This document shows positions 60,334-64,000 of a DNA stretch of 64,000 bases, one piece after another (position 1 is the first letter of the stretch; each line of letters begins with the position of its first letter). The stretch comes from an uncultured Candidatus Saccharibacteria bacterium. Its GTDB lineage: Bacteria; Patescibacteriota; Dojkabacteria; SC72. Where the stretch lies: NCBI GenBank assembly GCA_964403155.1, contig CAYOEG010000001.1:85550-149549 (forward strand). Reading direction: 5' to 3'. The notes beneath the pieces are model-generated. The model worked only from the letters and a program-made list of their open reading frames with translations, was not told where the DNA came from and did not search any database. The position numbers and the translations under genes are program-made.

Positions 60334-60705
60334 TTACGCAGGTATTTTCAAAAGTTTTGGGATAGGAAAAATTGAATGGAGAAATGCTATTACAAGGGTA
60401 ATACACCCAAGTGTACAGGAAATCAATAGAAGAAAATTCCTGAGAATAAACATTCCCCACCAACCAGTGTACCCGGCTACCGTTTCAGACAATGTGCCTA
60501 AAATCAAAGCTGCCATTGGTAAAAAACCAAGGATAGCAAAGAATATCTTGTAACCTTTTTTCTTGACCCAAGACATTTGGCACACGCCCCAATACAAAGC
60601 CCCGAGGAGAAGTATAGATATTAACCAACCCTCGTTGGCCCTATATAAAGGCCAGGACAGCAGGAGACAAACCCAAACAAACAAAATCTTTTTACCTTTT
60701 TCCAT
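60334..60705 (-). CDS. Orphan 4-TM membrane protein, SD-led
   Basis: GGAGG 5 nt before ATG 60705 (MEKGKKILF...). Confidence 0.7.
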   Translation of the reverse strand: MEKGKKILFVWVCLLLSWPLYRANEGWLISILLLGALYWGVCQMSWVKKKGYKIFFAILGFLPMAALILGTLSETVAGYTGWWGMFILRNFLLLISCTLGCITLVIAFLHSIFPIPKLLKIPA

Positions 60706-60944
60706 CATTTCCTCCATTTGTATTCGACCACCAAGACGGTGTGCGATATACATAACATCAAATATATTGATATCAAATAAATCGCACACATCCGTGGGAA
60801 TATTCTGAAGTGAGTATTAAATAACTTAGTATCTAATACAATTCCCTCTGCATTTAAGAAATATATTTTTAAAGAGCAGCTTTAAATATATAACTGCTCC
60901 ATTATACAATTTTTAAGAAGAAATTTCAACACTATAGGGTTGGG

Positions 60945-61568
60945 TTAGATACCTCTTCTCCCCTCCAAAGCTCTCTTTAACGTCAATCTATCAGCATATT
61001 CCAAGTCAGCACCAGTAGGTAACCCCATTGCTAACCTAGTAATCTTAACCTTACCTTCCTTAAACTCATCCTTAAACAAATCAATAACATAACTAGCAGT
61101 AGCCTCTCCCTCAAGACTTGGGTTGGTAGCAATAATAATCTCAAGAACATCCGTACCCTTAAGTAGTTCATCTACCCTACCCTTCAATTCCTTAAACCTA
61201 ATCTCATCCTCACCAATACCCTCCGCAGGAGATATAACGCCACCGAGAACAAAGTAAAGACCATCATAGATACCAGAATTCTCGAAAGCTACAACATCCA
61301 AAGGTTCCTCTACCACACAAAGCTTCTCCTGCTTTCTTAACTTACTAGAACAAATATCACATACATCCTTGTCTGAAACATTAAAACACTTAGTACAACT
61401 CTTCACCTCCTTATCCATCTCCAACAAAGCATTAGCTAATTTAGTAGCATCTAACCTAGAAGAACGAAGATAGTGGTAAGTCATACGAGAAGCAGATTTA
61501 GGACCAACACCCGGTAATCTACTAAATTCATTAATTACATTTTCAACAGACTTGGGAAGTACAGACAT
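60945..61568 (-). CDS. recR: Recombination mediator RecR
   Basis: LPGVGPKSA, C4 zinc finger, VVEEP, ATNPSLEGEAT, LEYAD. Confidence 0.98.
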   Translation of the reverse strand: MSVLPKSVENVINEFSRLPGVGPKSASRMTYHYLRSSRLDATKLANALLEMDKEVKSCTKCFNVSDKDVCDICSSKLRKQEKLCVVEEPLDVVAFENSGIYDGLYFVLGGVISPAEGIGEDEIRFKELKGRVDELLKGTDVLEIIIATNPSLEGEATASYVIDLFKDEFKEGKVKITRLAMGLPTGADLEYADRLTLKRALEGRRGI

Positions 61569-61570
61569 AG

Positions 61571-61864
61571 TTATTTACCTAAAAGTCTCTTAATATCATC
61601 CATATTAATATCCTGTTGCATATCCTTCTGAAGCTTCTTCTGATAGTCTTTGAAAGCTTCTTTAAAACCATTTCTAACAGCCTCTGCCATATCAGGATCT
61701 AAATACTGCTCATCAATATATACATCCTCTAATTCCTGAGCACCATTCATGAAAATTATCACCATACCATTTTTAGACTCGCCTTTTATCTTTCTCTCCC
61801 TCATCTTGGCCTGCATCTTCTTGGCCTCACTCTGCATCTTAAGCAACTCAACTGGATTAATCAT
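61571..61864 (-). CDS. ybaB: YbaB/EbfC nucleoid-associated protein
   Basis: AKKMQ, G.V.I.MNG; position between dnaX and recR. Confidence 0.88.
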   Translation of the reverse strand: MINPVELLKMQSEAKKMQAKMRERKIKGESKNGMVIIFMNGAQELEDVYIDEQYLDPDMAEAVRNGFKEAFKDYQKKLQKDMQQDINMDDIKRLLGK

Positions 61865-61908
61865 TGTAAAAAGAATAACAAGTAAATATGGATATTATAT
61901 CTTTAAAA

Positions 61909-63513
61909 CTACATACCTTCAAATATTGCCTCTATTTCTGCAGTATCTTTCCTACTCTTAGAAAAACTCCTCTTCTCAACAGGAGCCGCTTCCTTTGGTT
62001 TCTCTTCTTTCTTAGGCGGTTGTGGAAGGTTTCTTAAAACAAACTCTGCATCAGATTTCTTCTTCATCTGATCATTAATATTGCAAACAATCTTACATGA
62101 ACACCCAAAAACTTTTCTAAACACATTAGAAACAATCTCACGACTCTTAGGAATCTCGATCCTTTCCTTGTGGAATGAGAACGGCACATCTATCGTAAGC
62201 ACTCCCTCACTAAAACCAGTGATATTCGCATTCTCAAGGAATGCGTAGAGGTGGTTATTAAATGGCCTTACTTCATTAACAAATGCTTCCCATCGCTTCT
62301 TAATATCATCCACGGATATCTCCTCATCACTAATATCATCCTCTTCCTCTTCAGAATCCTCTGCAACCTCACTTGGGAGAGGTTCTTCCGCTGGAGCAAT
62401 CTTTTTCTTAACATCAGTATTAACAATCTTCACCTCTTCTTTCTCAACAGGAATATCCTTCATCATCTCCGGGATTATCATCTCTAAAACTAAGGCCTGA
62501 TTACTCGCATATTTAATCTTGTTCTCAGCCTCTAAAAATAGATTTATAACTCGATGTATCATCCTAATATCCCAGCTACTAAAATCTTCCAATTCTTTTG
62601 TAAATTTGCCTTTGATCTTCCCCACCAATATCTCTCTTAAGATCATTAATGAATAGCTAGTGAATTGCTGTAGATTAACACCCTTTTGTTCTAACCCTTC
62701 TACAATTTCGAGGCATTTCTTTCCGTCACCTTTCTCTAAGTTCTTCAACAGTACCACCACTTTATCAAAATCTGGCAATCCCAATATCTTCCTTACCTCT
62801 TCGTCCGTTATCTCCTTCTTGCCTTTGTCTTGCCCACTGTAAACTACATCTAGCAATGAAAGTGCATCTCTGTAGCTACCCTTAGCATTCTGAACTAACA
62901 ACGCCATAGCTTTGTCATCAATTTTAATCTCTTCCTTCCTAGCCACATCTGAAAGTACATTCTTTATCTCATCATCTGTACCTAATCGGAAGTCATATCT
63001 CTGACATCTAGAAAGAATCGTAGGTGGGAGCTTATGCACATCTGTAGTAGCCAATATGAATATGACGTGGGCAGGAGGTTCTTCAAGCGTCTTTAAAAGC
63101 GCGTTGAAAGCCTCTGTGGTAAGCATATGCACCTCATCGATGATATATACCTTGTACTTACCCTCTGATGGAGAAAACTCTATCTTCTCCTTCAACTCCC
63201 TAATCTGGTCTATACCACGATTGGAAGCCGCATCTATCTCTATCAAATCAAGCAATGACCCATTGGAGATAGCTTTACACACCTCACACTTATTACATGG
63301 ATTTCCATCTTCCTTAGGCTGGAGGCAGTTAACAGCCTTAGAAAGTATCCTAGCCGTACTTGTTTTACCCGTTCCTCGAGATCCAACGAATAGATATGCC
63401 TGTGCAATTTGCCCTGTCTTTACCGCATTTTTCAAAAGCTTTGTAATATGATCCTGCCCTATTAACTGGTCAAAATCTTGTGCTCGATATTTTCGGTATA
63501 GTACGGATGGCAT
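61909..63513 (-). CDS. dnaX: DNA polymerase III subunit gamma/tau
   Basis: LYRKYR, GSRGTGKT, EIDAAS, DEVHML, SRC. Confidence 0.98.
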   Translation of the reverse strand: MPSVLYRKYRAQDFDQLIGQDHITKLLKNAVKTGQIAQAYLFVGSRGTGKTSTARILSKAVNCLQPKEDGNPCNKCEVCKAISNGSLLDLIEIDAASNRGIDQIRELKEKIEFSPSEGKYKVYIIDEVHMLTTEAFNALLKTLEEPPAHVIFILATTDVHKLPPTILSRCQRYDFRLGTDDEIKNVLSDVARKEEIKIDDKAMALLVQNAKGSYRDALSLLDVVYSGQDKGKKEITDEEVRKILGLPDFDKVVVLLKNLEKGDGKKCLEIVEGLEQKGVNLQQFTSYSLMILREILVGKIKGKFTKELEDFSSWDIRMIHRVINLFLEAENKIKYASNQALVLEMIIPEMMKDIPVEKEEVKIVNTDVKKKIAPAEEPLPSEVAEDSEEEEDDISDEEISVDDIKKRWEAFVNEVRPFNNHLYAFLENANITGFSEGVLTIDVPFSFHKERIEIPKSREIVSNVFRKVFGCSCKIVCNINDQMKKKSDAEFVLRNLPQPPKKEEKPKEAAPVEKRSFSKSRKDTAEIEAIFEGM

Positions 63514-63598
63514 GTATACATACTAGATGAAAAGTAGATATTTTAACAAGTGAAATTTTTGTATTCATGAAGAAATTAAGTCCCAAAAAGACAAATTT

Positions 63599-64000
63599 CT
63601 ATATCTTTTTTCGTCTTAATTCGTCTACTGCGTCCTGTAGCATTTCTGTATACAATCCATAACCAACTGAGTTTATTGCCCCGGATTGATTGCTTCCCAA
63701 TATATCTCCCGACCCTCTTATTTCCAAATCCCTATTAGACAAAAGGAATCCCGAGCCCAAAGATTGAGAATCTTTCAGTGCAAGAAGCCTCTCTTGGGCA
63801 TTTCCTTGGAGGGTATCATAGAAGAAATAGGCATATGCCTGTTCTAACGATCTCCCAATCCTCCCCCTGATCTGGTACATCTGTGAGAGCCCAAGTTTAG
63901 TAGCATCATCGACAATTAGTGTGTTAGCATTAGGAATATCGAGACCATTCTCTATGATTGTTGTACAAATTAATATATCAATCTTTTTATCTACAAAGTC
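63599..64000 (-). CDS. mfd: Transcription-repair coupling factor Mfd, 3' end (5' part outside window)
   Basis: IENGLDIPNANT, GLSQMYQIRGRIGRS, GSGF...DLEIRGSGDILG.NQSG. Confidence 0.88.
   Translation of the reverse strand, partial: DFVDKKIDILICTTIIENGLDIPNANTLIVDDATKLGLSQMYQIRGRIGRSLEQAYAYFFYDTLQGNAQERLLALKDSQSLGSGFLLSNRDLEIRGSGDILGSNQSGAINSVGYGLYTEMLQDAVDELRRKKI

Overview
AT-rich chromosomal segment of a small-genome bacterium with the gene repertoire and style of Patescibacteria/CPR (Dojkabacteria-like is my inference; code 11, TGA used as stop). Most genes lie on the minus strand. Housekeeping content: xer, ruvCAB, yebC, dnaB, rpmE-prfA-prmC, rpsF-ssb-rpsR, ychF, cca, rnhC, cysS, mfd-dnaX-ybaB-recR, tRNA-Leu(CAA) and tRNA-Ser(TGA). 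Accessory content: an archaeal-type AMP-salvage module (beta-CASP RNase, ribose-1,5-bisphosphate isomerase, AMP phosphorylase), a lone VirD4/TraD-like ATPase, a GlmL-like pair, envelope genes (GT-C, double GT2, DedA, LPKTG protein, CHAP-like protein, WxL/DUF916-like four-gene cluster) and a variable islet with an HTH-DUF4065/RelE-like toxin-antitoxin pair next to tRNA-Ser. The most unusual structure is non-coding. First, the core genes I inspected have no Shine-Dalgarno and many look leaderless, whereas seven scattered orphan genes share a self-contained layout: own -10, structured leader, boxA-like motif (5 of 7), strong SD, ORF, GC-rich 3' hairpin. Second, a 20-22 bp palindrome GGGCAGACCTAGGTCTGCCC recurs three times at gene 3' ends. 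All family assignments are from motif recognition by eye; no searches were run.
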